NCBI GenBank assembly: GCA_965242865.1
Contig: CBDETK010000013.1
Coordinates: 3,808,001 to 3,872,000 of the forward strand
Length of the DNA: 64,000 nt
Direction: 5' to 3'
Source: Candidatus Latescibacterota bacterium
Lineage (GTDB): Bacteria; Latescibacterota; UBA2968; UBA8231
In this document: positions 9,630 through 20,681 of the stretch, piece by piece
Layout of the letters: every line of letters begins with the position of its first letter
How positions within the stretch are numbered: position 1 is the first letter of the stretch
Notes under the pieces: generated by a model
What the model was told of the DNA's origin: nothing
Database searches by the model: none
What the model saw: the letters and a program-made list of their open reading frames with translations, nothing else
Program-made: the position numbers and the translations under genes

Positions 9630-10837
9630 CAGCCCAGCCTCATGCGGTTGATGCCCACCACGCGGTCGTACAGCACGTACAGTGCGATGACGCCCACGAG
9701 CAGGATGAAGGCGAGTGCCGCGGCCAGTCCCCAGTTGAGCGAGGTCTGCATGTGATAGGCGATCATGTTGGAGATGAGCTGCCCCTTGCTCCCACCGACC
9801 AGGGCCGGCGTGATGTAGTAGCCAATGGCGAGGATGAACACCATGAGCGAGCCCGCGCCAACGCCGGGCAGCGTCTGCGGCCAATAGACTCGCCAGAACG
9901 CCTGAAACGGGGTCGCGCCGAGGGACGCCGCGGCCTGTACGTGCGAAGGCGGAATCGAGCGCATTACCGAGTACAGCGGCAAGACCATGAAGGGCAGCAA
10001 CACGTGGGTCATCGCCACAAACGTGCCGGTCATGTTGTATATCATGGCGATGCGGCCGTCGTCCGCGACCAGCCCGAGCACCACCAAGACGTTGTTGATT
10101 ACGCCCTGCGTCTGGAGCAGCACGATCCAAGCCGTGGTCCGCACCAGCAGCGAGGTCCAAAACGGCACCAACACCAGCAGCAACAGCAGATTGGCGCGGC
10201 GCGGTGGCGCGTGGGCGATCAGGTGGGCCACCGGGTAGCCAATGGCCAAGCACAGCGCGGAAATGCCCAAACTAATGGCCAGCGTCCGCCACAAAAGCGG
10301 CAGGTAAATGCGGCGTTCCTCGGGCTGCCGGGCGATGTGGCCATCGGGTTGGCGCACGAGATCGAGCGCGTTGATATAGTGGCGGAGCGTGAACCGCTCC
10401 CCGGTGGTGCGAATCGCCAACCACACCTCCGGCTCGCCCCAAGCGGCGTCGATGCCGACCAGGGTTGCGCGCCAAGAATCGCCGCCGGCGGTGCGCAACT
10501 TGCGCGCACTGCGCGTGACGACGCTGCGCAAGCCACTCTTGACGCGGTTGACGCGGGTGGCAATTTGGCCGAGGGTGCGCTGCTCCCGCGCTTGCAGCAA
10601 TTCGCGGGCGGCCGCGGCATACACCGGCTCTGGTGGGGCGCTGGCCCCGTCCCATTCGCGCAATAGGGCGAGCGTTTCCGGCAGCGCATCCGCGACTAGG
10701 GGGTCGTGGACGCTGCGCACGAGCAACGTGCCGAGGGGCGCGACAAAGGTCGCCAAGACAAAGGCCACCAGCGGCAGGGCCAGCCCGGCCGCCCGCCGCC
10801 GCTGCCGCGCCTGTTGTGCTCTTACTGGGTCAATCAC
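9629..10837 (-). CDS. Polyamine-type ABC transporter permease (PotB-like)
   Basis: GTG start at 10837 inferred. Contains PFWTSLLVRTTAW, HVLLPFMVLPLY and GYYITPALVGG. Confidence 0.9.
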   Translation of the reverse strand: MIDPVRAQQARQRRRAAGLALPLVAFVLATFVAPLGTLLVRSVHDPLVADALPETLALLREWDGASAPPEPVYAAAARELLQAREQRTLGQIATRVNRVKSGLRSVVTRSARKLRTAGGDSWRATLVGIDAAWGEPEVWLAIRTTGERFTLRHYINALDLVRQPDGHIARQPEERRIYLPLLWRTLAISLGISALCLAIGYPVAHLIAHAPPRRANLLLLLVLVPFWTSLLVRTTAWIVLLQTQGVINNVLVVLGLVADDGRIAMIYNMTGTFVAMTHVLLPFMVLPLYSVMRSIPPSHVQAAASLGATPFQAFWRVYWPQTLPGVGAGSLMVFILAIGYYITPALVGGSKGQLISNMIAYHMQTSLNWGLAAALAFILLVGVIALYVLYDRVVGINRMRLG

Positions 10838-11972
10838 TGGCTGGTGAATCTCCCTCGTCGTCCTCGTCGTCGGGTTGCAGTGCTCGGCAGTCGAGCAAGG
10901 TCCAGCCGACGCGGATCCGATCGCCGGGCAATACCGCTCCGTGGCCCACGAGGTTGGGAATCTTGACGATGAAGCCCGAGTGCCCACACAGCTTTAGGCG
11001 CAGGCGCAAGTGATCGCCGATAAAGGTTATGTCCTCGATCTCGGCGTCAAACTCGTTGGCGTACGCGTGCGAGTGCTCGCTCTTATTCACCGGGAGCTCC
11101 ACGCGCTCCGGCCGCACCACGACCGTTGCGGCAGCCCCGGGCGGGCATTGCCCCAAGCTCACGGCCTTGATGATCTCGCCGCCGACCTCCACTTCGCACA
11201 CGCCGTCGCCCACCGTGCGCACCACGCCGGTTAGGCGGTTGTTCTCGCCGATGAAATGGGCCACAAAAGCGCGCTCTGGCTCTTCGTAGAGCATCTCTGG
11301 GGACGCGATTTGCTCGATCACGCCGCCGCGAAAGACCGCGACCCGATCGGACATGACCATGGCCTCCTGCTGATCGTGCGTGACATAGACGACGGTGATG
11401 CCCAAGGTGCGCTGAATGCGGCGGATTTCGTATTGCATTTCTTCGCGCAGCCGGCGGTCGAGTGCCCCGAGCGGCTCGTCCATCAATACGAGTTCCGGGT
11501 CGAAGACCAAGGCGCGGGCGATCGCAACGCGCTGTTGCTGGCCGCCGGATAGCTGCCCCGGACGACGATCCTCCAAGCCTTCGAGGCGCACCAAGCGCAG
11601 GGTGCGGGCCACCCGCTCTTGCCGCTCGCTGGGGTCCATGCCGCGCACTTCGAGCGGAAACGCCAAGTTGCCGCCGACCGTTATGTGCGGAAAGAGCGCG
11701 TAGTTTTGGAAGACGACGCCAATGTCGCGTTTGTGGGGCGGCAAATCGCTGACCGGCACGCCATTGATGTGAATGGTGCCGGAAGCGGGCGTCTCAAACC
11801 CGGCGAGCATCATCAGGCAGGTCGTCTTGCCCGACCCAGACGGCCCGAGCATGGTGAGGAATTCGCCCTTGAGCACGGTGAGATCGAGGTCCCGCACGAC
11901 CCAGTTGCGGCCATCGTAGCTTTTGCTGACGCCGGAAAATTCGACGTGGGGGCTAGTGTCTGCGCTCATCAT
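10830..11972 (-). CDS. Polyamine-type ABC transporter ATP-binding protein (PotA-like)
   Basis: GPSGSGKT, LSGGQQQR, LMDEPLGALD and C-terminal TOBE region. Confidence 0.95.
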   Translation of the reverse strand: MMSADTSPHVEFSGVSKSYDGRNWVVRDLDLTVLKGEFLTMLGPSGSGKTTCLMMLAGFETPASGTIHINGVPVSDLPPHKRDIGVVFQNYALFPHITVGGNLAFPLEVRGMDPSERQERVARTLRLVRLEGLEDRRPGQLSGGQQQRVAIARALVFDPELVLMDEPLGALDRRLREEMQYEIRRIQRTLGITVVYVTHDQQEAMVMSDRVAVFRGGVIEQIASPEMLYEEPERAFVAHFIGENNRLTGVVRTVGDGVCEVEVGGEIIKAVSLGQCPPGAAATVVVRPERVELPVNKSEHSHAYANEFDAEIEDITFIGDHLRLRLKLCGHSGFIVKIPNLVGHGAVLPGDRIRVGWTLLDCRALQPDDEDDEGDSPASD

Positions 11973-13604
11973 TCACCACCCGAGGGCATAGCCGTCGCGG
12001 CGCGGGTCGGCCCCGCCCATAAAGGAACCCGTGGCCCCATCGACCATGATGCCTTGGCCGCCGCCGACTCCGGTCGACCAATCGCCGAGAAAATTGAACT
12101 GGTGGCCGCGACGCTCCAGCTCGGCAACGACCGCGGGGTCAATGCGGTTTTCAGCATCGACGACAAAGCCGGAGGAGCCGGTCTTGACGCGGGGGGCCTC
12201 AATGGCGGCTTGGACATTCAACTGGTGATCGAGGATGTTCATGATCATCTGCGGCGTCGTCTGGAGAATGCCATAGCTCCCCGGGGTGCCGATGAGCAGC
12301 CGCAGGCCATCGGCGTCCCAAACTTGGGCCGGTGAAACGCACATCTCGTTTTTCTTGGCCGGGCCGATGACATTGGGACTGGTTGGCTCGCGGTCAAACC
12401 ACCGCATGAAGTTGTTGAGTGCAATGCCGGTTTCTGGCACCACCATAGACGAGCCAAAGCCGCCGCCCAAGCTCTGGGTGCAGGCAACCGCATTGCCCTC
12501 GGCGTCGATGGCGTCGAAGTGGGTCGTGCATTCGCTCATCCACGCGCGCGGGTCGCCCGCTTTGACCTGCCCAGCCGGGCCGCCGGGCGCGAGGCGATCG
12601 CCCGCTGTCCACTGGGCCTCGTCGCCGATGAGCACCCGCCGCTCCGCCGCGTATTCTTTGGAGAGCAGCCCCTGAGTCGGCGGGTCGGCGATGGCCGCGT
12701 AGGCAATGCGGTCGGCCATGGCCAGCTTGGCAGCCTCGATAAAGCGGTGCAAGGTCGGGGCGGTGTTGTGGCCGAGGGCCGCCACGTCAAAGCCCTCCAT
12801 AATGGCCAGCGTCTCTAAGTACTGGACGGCTTGGCAGGGCGGCGGCGGCGCAAAGACCTCGTAGCCGCGATAGTTGGTGGAAATCGGATCGACAAAAGCC
12901 GGGGCAAAGTCGGCGAGGTCTTCTTTGGTAAGTAGGCCGCCGGTCTCCGCCATGTAGCGGGCGATGCGGTCGGCAATCGCGCCCCGGTAAAAGACTTCCG
13001 CGCCCTCGGCCGCGACTTGGCGGAAGGTCTCGGCGAGGGCCTGTTGCACCACCACTTCCCCGGGCTCGGGGGCCGCGCCGTTGAGCAGGTAGGTGTCGGC
13101 CCCGGTCTTGAAGCGGCGCAGGCTCTCGGCCGCCCCTGCGTAGAAATAGGCGTTCTTGACCGTGAGGGCGTAGCCCTGCTCGGCGTACTCAATGGCCGGC
13201 GCGAACACGCGGGCGGCTTCGACTGAGCCATAGCGCTCCAGCGCGGCCAGCCAACCGCCGCAAGCACCCGGCACCAGCGGCGAGAGCGGCCCGAGCACCT
13301 GCTTGTCCTTGTCGTACAGGCTCAGGGTGGCCGCCCGCGGGGTGAGACCGACGTAATCGACGATCTTGTGTTCTTTTGCGCGGGCACTGTAGATATGCAG
13401 ATAGCCAACGCCGCCAATGCCCGACATGTACGGCTCAACCACGTTGAGCGCCGCGGCCGTGGCAATGGCCGCGTCAATGGCATTGCCGCCCTCCATCAGG
13501 AGGCGCATGCCGGCGAGAGAAGCGAGCGGATGCGCCGAGGCGATCATGCCGCGGCGGCCCGTGGCGGTGCTGCGGTGCGTGGTGCCTTTAGAAGAAAAGG
13601 GCAT
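11973..13604 (-). CDS. ggt: Gamma-glutamyltransferase family protein
   Basis: GGNAIDAAIA, SGIGG, catalytic T in CTTH, GGADPRRDG. Confidence 0.92.
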   Translation of the reverse strand: MPFSSKGTTHRSTATGRRGMIASAHPLASLAGMRLLMEGGNAIDAAIATAAALNVVEPYMSGIGGVGYLHIYSARAKEHKIVDYVGLTPRAATLSLYDKDKQVLGPLSPLVPGACGGWLAALERYGSVEAARVFAPAIEYAEQGYALTVKNAYFYAGAAESLRRFKTGADTYLLNGAAPEPGEVVVQQALAETFRQVAAEGAEVFYRGAIADRIARYMAETGGLLTKEDLADFAPAFVDPISTNYRGYEVFAPPPPCQAVQYLETLAIMEGFDVAALGHNTAPTLHRFIEAAKLAMADRIAYAAIADPPTQGLLSKEYAAERRVLIGDEAQWTAGDRLAPGGPAGQVKAGDPRAWMSECTTHFDAIDAEGNAVACTQSLGGGFGSSMVVPETGIALNNFMRWFDREPTSPNVIGPAKKNEMCVSPAQVWDADGLRLLIGTPGSYGILQTTPQMIMNILDHQLNVQAAIEAPRVKTGSSGFVVDAENRIDPAVVAELERRGHQFNFLGDWSTGVGGGQGIMVDGATGSFMGGADPRRDGYALGW

Positions 13605-13625
13605 GGACGCAACTCCTTGCGATTT

Positions 13626-13680
13626 GTAAATTTACGACCGCTTAACCGCTTAAAATAGGGCCAGTAAATTACAGCGTCAA
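13626..13680 (-). promoter_or_regulatory. Putative sigma70 promoter for the ggt operon with palindromic boxes
   Basis: Minus strand TTGACG-17-TATTTT (13680-13652). GTAAATTTAC palindrome at 13626 and near-copy GTAAATTAC at 13664; ACCGCTTA tandem repeat at 13637. Confidence 0.45.
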
Positions 13681-13698
13681 TCAAGGAGCGTACTTCTT

Positions 13699-14736
13699 AT
13701 GAGCGACAAGACAATCGACCTGCGCAGCGACACGATCACCCTGCCGACCGAGGCCATGCGGGAGGCCATGGCCGGAGCGCCGTTGGGCGACGATGTGTAC
13801 GGCGAAGACCCCACGGTCAACCGCCTGCAAGAATTGGCCGCCGAAAAAGTGGGCATGGAAGCCGCGCTCTACGTGCCCTCGGGTACGATGGGCAATGCCT
13901 GCGCCTTGATGGCCCACACCCATTGGGGCGACGAGGTGCTCTTTGAGGAGCAGGCGCACATCTATTACTGGGAGGCCGGAACCTATGCCTCGCTGGCCGG
14001 CTTGGCCGCGCGCACCGTGGCTGGCGAGCACGGCGTCATCACCGGCGACCACGTGCGCGAGGCTGTCCGCGCCGACAACCCGCACTTCGCCCCGCTCAAG
14101 GTCGTCTGCATTGAGAACACCCACAACAACCACGCCGGCCACGCTTGGTCGGTCGCCGAGGTCGCGGCCGTGGGGGCCGCATGCCGCGACCACGGGCTGA
14201 AGCTACACGTAGATGGAGCGCGCATTTTTAACGCCGCGGTCGCCATTGGGACGCAGGTCCCCGAATTTACTCGCCACGTCGACTCCGTGATGTTTTGCGT
14301 CTCCAAGGGGCTGAGTGCGCCGGTCGGCTCGCTGCTGTGCGGAAGCAGGGACTTCATCGAGCGGGCCTATCGAATGCGCAAGCGGCTCGGGGGGGCCATG
14401 CGCCAAGCCGGCGTCGCGGCCGCGGCCGGAATCGTGGCTCTAGAGCAAATGGTCGATCGGCTGGCCGAGGATCACGCGGTGGCGCGGGAACTGGCCGCAG
14501 GGCTGGGAGCGATTGAAGGCGTTGAGGTGATTTTTCCGCCGCGTCCCACCAACATCCTCAAAGTGGATTTTGCGGCCTTGGGGTGGTCGGCGGCCGATTT
14601 AGTGGCCGAGTGGAAGGCGCGGGGCGTGTTGTGCAATCCGCGTCCGCCGCACGGGGCGCGGCTCGTGGCGAATCGGCACGTCGGGCGCGAGGACGTCCAG
14701 TACGTGGTGGAGGCGACCCGAGCCCTGATCGGGTAG
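13699..14736 (+). CDS. ltaE: Low-specificity L-threonine aldolase
   Basis: [32 protein letters not shown] and PLP lysine in SKGL. Confidence 0.92.
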   Translation: MSDKTIDLRSDTITLPTEAMREAMAGAPLGDDVYGEDPTVNRLQELAAEKVGMEAALYVPSGTMGNACALMAHTHWGDEVLFEEQAHIYYWEAGTYASLAGLAARTVAGEHGVITGDHVREAVRADNPHFAPLKVVCIENTHNNHAGHAWSVAEVAAVGAACRDHGLKLHVDGARIFNAAVAIGTQVPEFTRHVDSVMFCVSKGLSAPVGSLLCGSRDFIERAYRMRKRLGGAMRQAGVAAAAGIVALEQMVDRLAEDHAVARELAAGLGAIEGVEVIFPPRPTNILKVDFAALGWSAADLVAEWKARGVLCNPRPPHGARLVANRHVGREDVQYVVEATRALIG

Positions 14737-14743
14737 GGCCTGC

Positions 14744-17047
14744 TTGGCTGGTCTTTCGTCCATAGCCCGGTGCGTTTGGTTCGGCGTCTTTGTCGCCGGC
14801 CCGGCCAGCGGGGATGCGCTGAAAACCGCGGATGGCTCGTGGAAATACAGCAATCATCTGGTCGGAGAGACGAGCCCGTACTTATTGCTGCACACGCACA
14901 ATCCGGTCGAGTGGTATCCTTGGGGCGAGGAAGCCCTGGCGAGAGCGCAGGCCGAGGACAAGCCGATTTTTCTGTCGGTCGGCTACTCAACCTGCTATTG
15001 GTGCCACGTCATGGAGCGGCGGGTCTTTTCCGACCCCGCGATCGCAGCGCAGATGAACGCCAGCTTTATCAACATCAAGGTCGATCGGGAGGAGCGGCCC
15101 GACATCGACCGCATTTACATGCTGGCGACCCAGCTAACCACCCGGCACGGCGGCTGGCCGAATTCGGTGTTTTTGACGCCCGACCAAGAGCCGTTTTTTG
15201 CCGGCACGTACTTTCCGCCCAAGCCCCTGCCCGGGCGGCCTTCCTTTCCCCAAGTCTTGGACTTCGCGCACCGGCGCTGGCAAGACCAGCGTGCGCAGGT
15301 GCTCCAAATCGCGGCCCGCTTGACCGCGGCCATTCGCGACTTGGAATCCGGGCCGGAAACAGCGGTCGCGCCGCCCGATTCTTTGCTCCTAGCCCAGGTC
15401 CTCGCCGCTGTTCAAACGCGCTACGACGCGATTAACGGCGGCTTTGGGGGAGCCCCCAAATTTCCCCCGAGCCTGCGCTTGGACCTGCTGATGGCCACGC
15501 CCGCCCGCTTTGCCGATCCCCAAATACAGCGCATCGTTTTGCACTCGCTGGAGCAGCTGGCCGCGGGCGGCATCTACGACCAAATCGGCGGGGGCTTTCA
15601 CCGCTACGCCACGGATGCCGAGTGGCGAGTGCCGCACTTCGAGAAGATGCTCTACAACCAAGCGCACTTGGCGCGGCTGTACCTGCGGGCGTACGAATTG
15701 ACGGGCGACGACCGCTGGCAATGGGTGGCTGAGGACATTTTTCGCTTTGTCGCCCGGGAGATGACCGGCCCGGCCGGGGCTTTTTACTCGGCATTGGACG
15801 CCGAAACCGAGGCCGAAGAGGGCAAGTACTACCTGTGGACTGCGCGGGACTTGGACCGCGTGTTGGGGCGCGACGCGGCCTCGTTTTGGGACGTCTATGG
15901 GTTGGCCGCCATGCCCGAAGGCGAGGGGGGCGTCCTCTACGCAAAACCGCCGCGGGCCGAGCTCGGGGATCGGCTGACGCTCGGGCGGCAGCGCGTGTTG
16001 GCGGCGCGAGCCGAGCGGCCCTATCCCCTCCTCGACGACAAGGTGCTCGCCGCTTGGAACGGGATGATGATCGAGGCATACGCCCGCGGGTTCGCGGTTT
16101 TGGGCGATCCCCGATATCGCCGGGCGGCCGAGCGGGCGGCCAATTTCGCGCTGGAGAATTTGCGGCGCGCAGACGGGGGGTTGTGGCGGGTCCATCGGCT
16201 GGGCACTTCGCGGCAGGCGGCCTATCTAGATGACTATGCGTTTTTGGCGCGTGGGCTGACGGCCCTGCACCGGGCCACCGGCGAGGGGCGGTGGTTGCAG
16301 GCCGCGCGCGAGCTAAGCGCCGAGATGGTGGCCCGGTTTTGGGACCAAGCGGCAGGGGGTTTTTTCTTTACGGAAGCGGACAACGCGCTGATCGTGCGGA
16401 GCAAGTTCGCCCAAGACTCGGCCCTGCCTTCGGGCAACGCAGTGGCGGCCCACGCGCTGTTGGATTTGGCCGAGCTCACCGGCCAAGCATCCTATCGCCG
16501 CCGGGTCGCGCAGCTTCTGGCCGCTTTTGGCGGGGCGATGCGGGCGCAGCCTACGGCCTCGGTACACCTAGCCGCGGCGGCCGAGCGCCACCTGCAAGCG
16601 GCACTGCCCGCAGCCGCTTGGGCGGACACCCCAGCGGATTCGCTCGTCTCGATGCGGGTCGAGCTGTCCGTGCAACGGCCGGTGGCTGGCGAGAAATTTG
16701 CCGCGGCCGTGCATTTGGACATCCGCCCGGGCTGGCACATCAACGCCAATCCGGCCTCGGGCGACTTGCTCATTCCCACCTCTCTGACGCTCAATGCAGA
16801 CTGGCCGTTGGACTTTGCCCGCGTGCGCTATCCCACCGGCCACTCGCGGGCCTTTCCGGCCCTAGGCGAGACGCTCGCGGTGTACGAGGAGCAGGTCGCG
16901 CTGGGGGCGGATTTGTCGCTGCCCCCAGCCGCGGCGGGCACGGCCGGCTATGTGCGGTTCCTAGTCCAATATCAGGCCTGCGACGAGACCCGTTGCCTCC
17001 CGCCAGCCGAACTGAGCCAGCGCGTGCGGGTGGCCGTGACGCCGTGA
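14744..17047 (+). CDS. DUF255/YyaL thioredoxin-domain protein with C-terminal DsbD-N-like domain
   Basis: [37 protein letters not shown]; C-terminal PGWHINAN...[12 protein letters not shown]. Confidence 0.88.
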   Translation: MAGLSSIARCVWFGVFVAGPASGDALKTADGSWKYSNHLVGETSPYLLLHTHNPVEWYPWGEEALARAQAEDKPIFLSVGYSTCYWCHVMERRVFSDPAIAAQMNASFINIKVDREERPDIDRIYMLATQLTTRHGGWPNSVFLTPDQEPFFAGTYFPPKPLPGRPSFPQVLDFAHRRWQDQRAQVLQIAARLTAAIRDLESGPETAVAPPDSLLLAQVLAAVQTRYDAINGGFGGAPKFPPSLRLDLLMATPARFADPQIQRIVLHSLEQLAAGGIYDQIGGGFHRYATDAEWRVPHFEKMLYNQAHLARLYLRAYELTGDDRWQWVAEDIFRFVAREMTGPAGAFYSALDAETEAEEGKYYLWTARDLDRVLGRDAASFWDVYGLAAMPEGEGGVLYAKPPRAELGDRLTLGRQRVLAARAERPYPLLDDKVLAAWNGMMIEAYARGFAVLGDPRYRRAAERAANFALENLRRADGGLWRVHRLGTSRQAAYLDDYAFLARGLTALHRATGEGRWLQAARELSAEMVARFWDQAAGGFFFTEADNALIVRSKFAQDSALPSGNAVAAHALLDLAELTGQASYRRRVAQLLAAFGGAMRAQPTASVHLAAAAERHLQAALPAAAWADTPADSLVSMRVELSVQRPVAGEKFAAAVHLDIRPGWHINANPASGDLLIPTSLTLNADWPLDFARVRYPTGHSRAFPALGETLAVYEEQVALGADLSLPPAAAGTAGYVRFLVQYQACDETRCLPPAELSQRVRVAVTP

Positions 17048-19074
17048 TCCAACGCGCCGACATCATCGGCTGCGGGGTGGGCGAGCTAGAGGCAGCCGAG
17101 CTCCTCGCCCAAATCAAAGCCCTCGCCGGCACGCCGGAAGCGCGCTGGCGGGCCGCGGCCCGCGGCATTCTGCGGCCGGATCATCCCTTTGCCCTACACC
17201 AGTTGCTCTATCGAGCCATTTACGGGCGCACGGGCGGCCCGGTGTTTTTCCCCGAGCCAGCCGACATTGAACACGCGCACATAACGGCGCTACGGCGCGA
17301 GTTGGGGCTGGATTCGCACGCCGCGCTCTTTGCGTGGTCGGTTGCCGAGCGGGAGGCGTTTTGGGCCCGGACGGTGGCGCGCTTGGGAATTCGCTTTCGC
17401 AAGCCATACACCCGGCTGCTCGATCTATCCCAAGGCGTCGAAGCCCCCCAGTGGTTTGTCGGGGCCGAGATGAACATCGTCGAGAGCTGCTTTCAGGCGC
17501 CCGCCGATCAGACGGCCATCGTCTTTCAGCGCGAGGGCGGCCGGCTAGAGCGGATGAGTTTCAGTGCCCTAGAAGGCTTGTGCGACCGGGTCGCCGGTGG
17601 GTTGTGTGCGTTGGGGTTTGGCCCGGGTGCTCGGATTGCCGTGGCCATGCCGATGACGGCCGAAGCCGTGGCCATCTATCTGGGGATCATCAAGGCTGGT
17701 TGCGCGGTGGTGGCTATTGCCGACAGCTTTGCCGCGCCCCAGATCGCCGCTCGGCTGCGGCTCGGGGCGGCCCAAGCCGTTTTTACGCAAGACGTGATTT
17801 TGCGCGGGGGGCGTACGTTGCCCCTGTACCCGCGCTTGGTCGCGGCTGACGCTCCGTTGGCGATTGTGTTGCCGGGGCGCGTGGAGGGGTTGACGGAGCC
17901 GTTGCGCCCGGGGGATCGGCACTGGGACGAATTCCTGCCAGCCGACGCTCCGTTCGCGGCCGTGGCCAGCGATCCCGACGCGACGACCAATGTCCTGTTT
18001 TCATCCGGGACGACCGGCGATCCCAAGGCGCTGCCCTGGACCCATGTCAATCCGATCAAGTGCGGTGCCGACGCGCATTATCACCAAGATGTCCACCCGG
18101 GCGATGTGGTCGCTTGGCCGACCAATTTGGGCTGGATGATGGGGCCGTGGCTGATCTACGCGGCCTTTTTGAACCGGGCGACGATGGCCCTTTACTATGG
18201 AATGCCAACCGAGCCGGGCTTTGGGGCGTTTGTGCAGGCGGCTCGCATTACCATGCTCGGCGTCATTCCGAGCATGGTGCGAACTTGGCGCAGCACGGGC
18301 TGCATGGAGGGCGTTGATTTTTCGGCGATTCGAGCGTTTAGTGCGACCGGGGAGTGCTCCAACCCCGAGGACATGCACTATCTGATGGCACTGGCGGGGT
18401 ATCGGCCCATACTCGAATACTGCGGCGGCACCGAGTTGGCGGGCGGCTACTTGCTCAGTACGCTCGTCGAGCCGGTCGCACCCGCGACCTTTAATTCGGC
18501 GACGCTGGGGACGGACTTGGCGATTTTGGACGAGGACGGGCAGGAGTGTGCCAGCGGCGAGGGCTTTTTGGTCCCGCCGGCCATTGGCATGTCAACTCGG
18601 GTGCTCAACCGCGATCACCGCGCCGTGTACTACGCAGGCGTGCCCAAGCGGGATGGGGTGCCGCTGCGCCGCCACGGCGACCAAGTCGAGCGGCTGGCCC
18701 CGGGCGTGTACCGGGTCCATGGCCGCGCCGACGACGCCATGAACCTAGGCGGCATCAAGGTGAGTTCGGCCGAGATCGAGCGCGTCTTGAATGCGATGCC
18801 CGGGGTGGTGGAGACCGCCGCGATTGCCGCGCCGCCGCCGGGGGGCGGCCCGAGCTGGCTGGTGATCTTCGCGGTGCTAGAGGCTTCCAACGGGGACTGG
18901 CAAGACGCGATGCAGCAGGCGATCCGCCGAGAACTCAATCCGCTCTTCAAAATTCACGAGGTAGTACCAGTCGAATCGCTGCCGCGGACCGCGTCGAACA
19001 AGGTGATGCGGCGGGTCTTGCGGGAGCGGTATAAAAAAAAACCGCGCAACCATCACCCAAGCTCGCAGAACTGA
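17044..19074 (+). CDS. AMP-binding acyl-CoA synthetase (acetyl-CoA synthetase-like)
   Basis: GTG overlaps the upstream [33 protein letters not shown] and [12 protein letters not shown] motifs. Confidence 0.9.
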   Translation: MIQRADIIGCGVGELEAAELLAQIKALAGTPEARWRAAARGILRPDHPFALHQLLYRAIYGRTGGPVFFPEPADIEHAHITALRRELGLDSHAALFAWSVAEREAFWARTVARLGIRFRKPYTRLLDLSQGVEAPQWFVGAEMNIVESCFQAPADQTAIVFQREGGRLERMSFSALEGLCDRVAGGLCALGFGPGARIAVAMPMTAEAVAIYLGIIKAGCAVVAIADSFAAPQIAARLRLGAAQAVFTQDVILRGGRTLPLYPRLVAADAPLAIVLPGRVEGLTEPLRPGDRHWDEFLPADAPFAAVASDPDATTNVLFSSGTTGDPKALPWTHVNPIKCGADAHYHQDVHPGDVVAWPTNLGWMMGPWLIYAAFLNRATMALYYGMPTEPGFGAFVQAARITMLGVIPSMVRTWRSTGCMEGVDFSAIRAFSATGECSNPEDMHYLMALAGYRPILEYCGGTELAGGYLLSTLVEPVAPATFNSATLGTDLAILDEDGQECASGEGFLVPPAIGMSTRVLNRDHRAVYYAGVPKRDGVPLRRHGDQVERLAPGVYRVHGRADDAMNLGGIKVSSAEIERVLNAMPGVVETAAIAAPPPGGGPSWLVIFAVLEASNGDWQDAMQQAIRRELNPLFKIHEVVPVESLPRTASNKVMRRVLRERYKKKPRNHHPSSQN

Positions 19075-19161
19075 GTACACGACACCAGCGGCAGCCTTCC
19101 TAAGGAGTCGAGGGCGGGACGCCCTCGATCCCGGACGCCAACGTAAGGGTCGCGTACCAAG
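19071..19161 (+). mobile_element. MITE/REP-like element, copy 1
   Basis: Imperfect 13-bp inverted ends CTGAGTACACGAC / GTCGCGTACCAAG and internal hairpin TCGAGGGCG-gga-CGCCCTCGA. Homologous to 52797-52892 in reverse orientation. Confidence 0.75.
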
Positions 19162-19183
19162 GCGAAAGCGAAAGGAATATCCG

Positions 19184-20635
19184 ATGCGACATAGCTATCT
19201 AGCACTAGCGGCCTTGCTCCTGCTAGGGGCAATCCATCCGGCGGCTGCCAACCGCTACGACGATCCGGGCTTTCTCACCAGTCACCTCGTCTCCGGCGGG
19301 GTGGCCAAAGACGGCATTCCGGCCCTCACCAATCCCACCTTCGTCGCACCGGCCGAAGTGGGCTACTTAGCGGAAGACGACGTGGTCATGGGGCTGGTTC
19401 TCAACGGCCAGCCGCGGGCGTACCCGCACAACATTGGCTGGTGGAACGAGATCATCAACGACCGCGTCGGCGATCAGTCGGTCGTCGTATCGCTGTGCCC
19501 GCTTACGGGGACCGGCCAAGTCTTCAACGCCACGGATGACGATGGATCGCAAATCGAGTTCGGGGTCTCTGGGCTGCTGATCAACAGCAACTTGGTCATG
19601 TACGATCGGCGCGACGGCGAAACGCTCTATCCCCAGATGATCTACACGGCCATCAACGGCCCCCAAGTGGGCGACCGCCTAGAACTGCTGCCGGTGGTGG
19701 AGACGACTTGGGCACTGTGGAAGCGGATGTACCCAAGCACCACTGTGGTCAAAGCGGCCACGGGCTGGGCGCGCTACAACTCGCGGCCGGCGTACAACGA
19801 GCACCAATACACCCGCTATCCTTACCGCGACTACCGCACCAACCACGAGAACCTGATTTTCCTGCCGACGACCAATCGCGGCGCATTCGACTCGCGCTTT
19901 GAGACCAAGGACCTCGTGTTGGGCTTGTGCCGCAACGACCAGACGAAAGCCTTTCCCTTTGCCCGGCTGCCCGACGGAGCCGTGATCAACGATCTCGTCG
20001 GCGGCGATCCCCTAGTCGTCCTATTCGACGCGGAGTCGCGCACGGCCTTGGCCTATTTCAGCCAGCTCGACGACGCGCCATTGAGCTTTTACCGGGTGGC
20101 GTCTGAGGGGCCGCTGCCGGTCGAATTCATGGATGCGGAGACGGGTTCGCGCTGGAACATGCTCGGCCAAGCCGTTGCCGGGCCGCTGGCGGGGCGGCGG
20201 TTGGCGCAAGTCCCGGCGTACAACGCCATGTGGTTTGCTTGGACTGCCTATTGGCCCGATACGGAGGTCTGGCAGCCGGGCGAGGGAATTCTCAACCCCG
20301 CGGACATTGAGCAAGCCGCAACGGCCATTGAAGCCTGGGACGCCGCTCCGACGAGCTTTGCCCTGCGGCAAAACTTTCCCAACCCGTTCAACGCTCAGAC
20401 CCTGATTCAGTACGAGTTGCCAGCGGCCGGGCCGGTGCAGCTCGGCGTGTTTAATGCGGCCGGGCAGCGGGTTCGCTCGCTGGTAGCAGAGCACCAAGGG
20501 GCCGGGCTGTACTTGCAGCCTTGGGACGGCCGCGATGATGCGGGGGCCGCCGTAGCAAGCGGGACGTATTTGTGCCGGTTGGAGCTGTCCGCGGCGAGGT
20601 TTAGCCAGACGCGGACGATGACGTTGGTGCGTTGA
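19184..20635 (+). CDS. DUF3179-domain secreted protein with FlgD/T9SS-like C-terminal domain
   Basis: Signal peptide; GGVAKDGIPAL, CPLTGTG, FGVSGLLINSNLVMYDR; C-terminal NFPNPFN...WDGRDD. Confidence 0.85.
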   Translation: MRHSYLALAALLLLGAIHPAAANRYDDPGFLTSHLVSGGVAKDGIPALTNPTFVAPAEVGYLAEDDVVMGLVLNGQPRAYPHNIGWWNEIINDRVGDQSVVVSLCPLTGTGQVFNATDDDGSQIEFGVSGLLINSNLVMYDRRDGETLYPQMIYTAINGPQVGDRLELLPVVETTWALWKRMYPSTTVVKAATGWARYNSRPAYNEHQYTRYPYRDYRTNHENLIFLPTTNRGAFDSRFETKDLVLGLCRNDQTKAFPFARLPDGAVINDLVGGDPLVVLFDAESRTALAYFSQLDDAPLSFYRVASEGPLPVEFMDAETGSRWNMLGQAVAGPLAGRRLAQVPAYNAMWFAWTAYWPDTEVWQPGEGILNPADIEQAATAIEAWDAAPTSFALRQNFPNPFNAQTLIQYELPAAGPVQLGVFNAAGQRVRSLVAEHQGAGLYLQPWDGRDDAGAAVASGTYLCRLELSAARFSQTRTMTLVR

Positions 20636-20681
20636 TCGGATATATTCTCTCCAACCTATCCCCCTCAGACGAAAGGCACTG

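Noticed and set aside
9630-10253. N-terminal extension of the 479-aa ORF 8814-10253
   Set aside because: It overlaps the PotB-like gene in another frame; the real start is ATG 9629.
16291-17043. N-terminal extension of the 927-aa ORF
   Set aside because: It is a shadow frame over the YyaL gene; GTG 17044 is the coupled start.
19184-20635. Selenoprotein version of DUF3179
   Set aside because: The motif has Cys (TGC) and there is no in-frame TGA.
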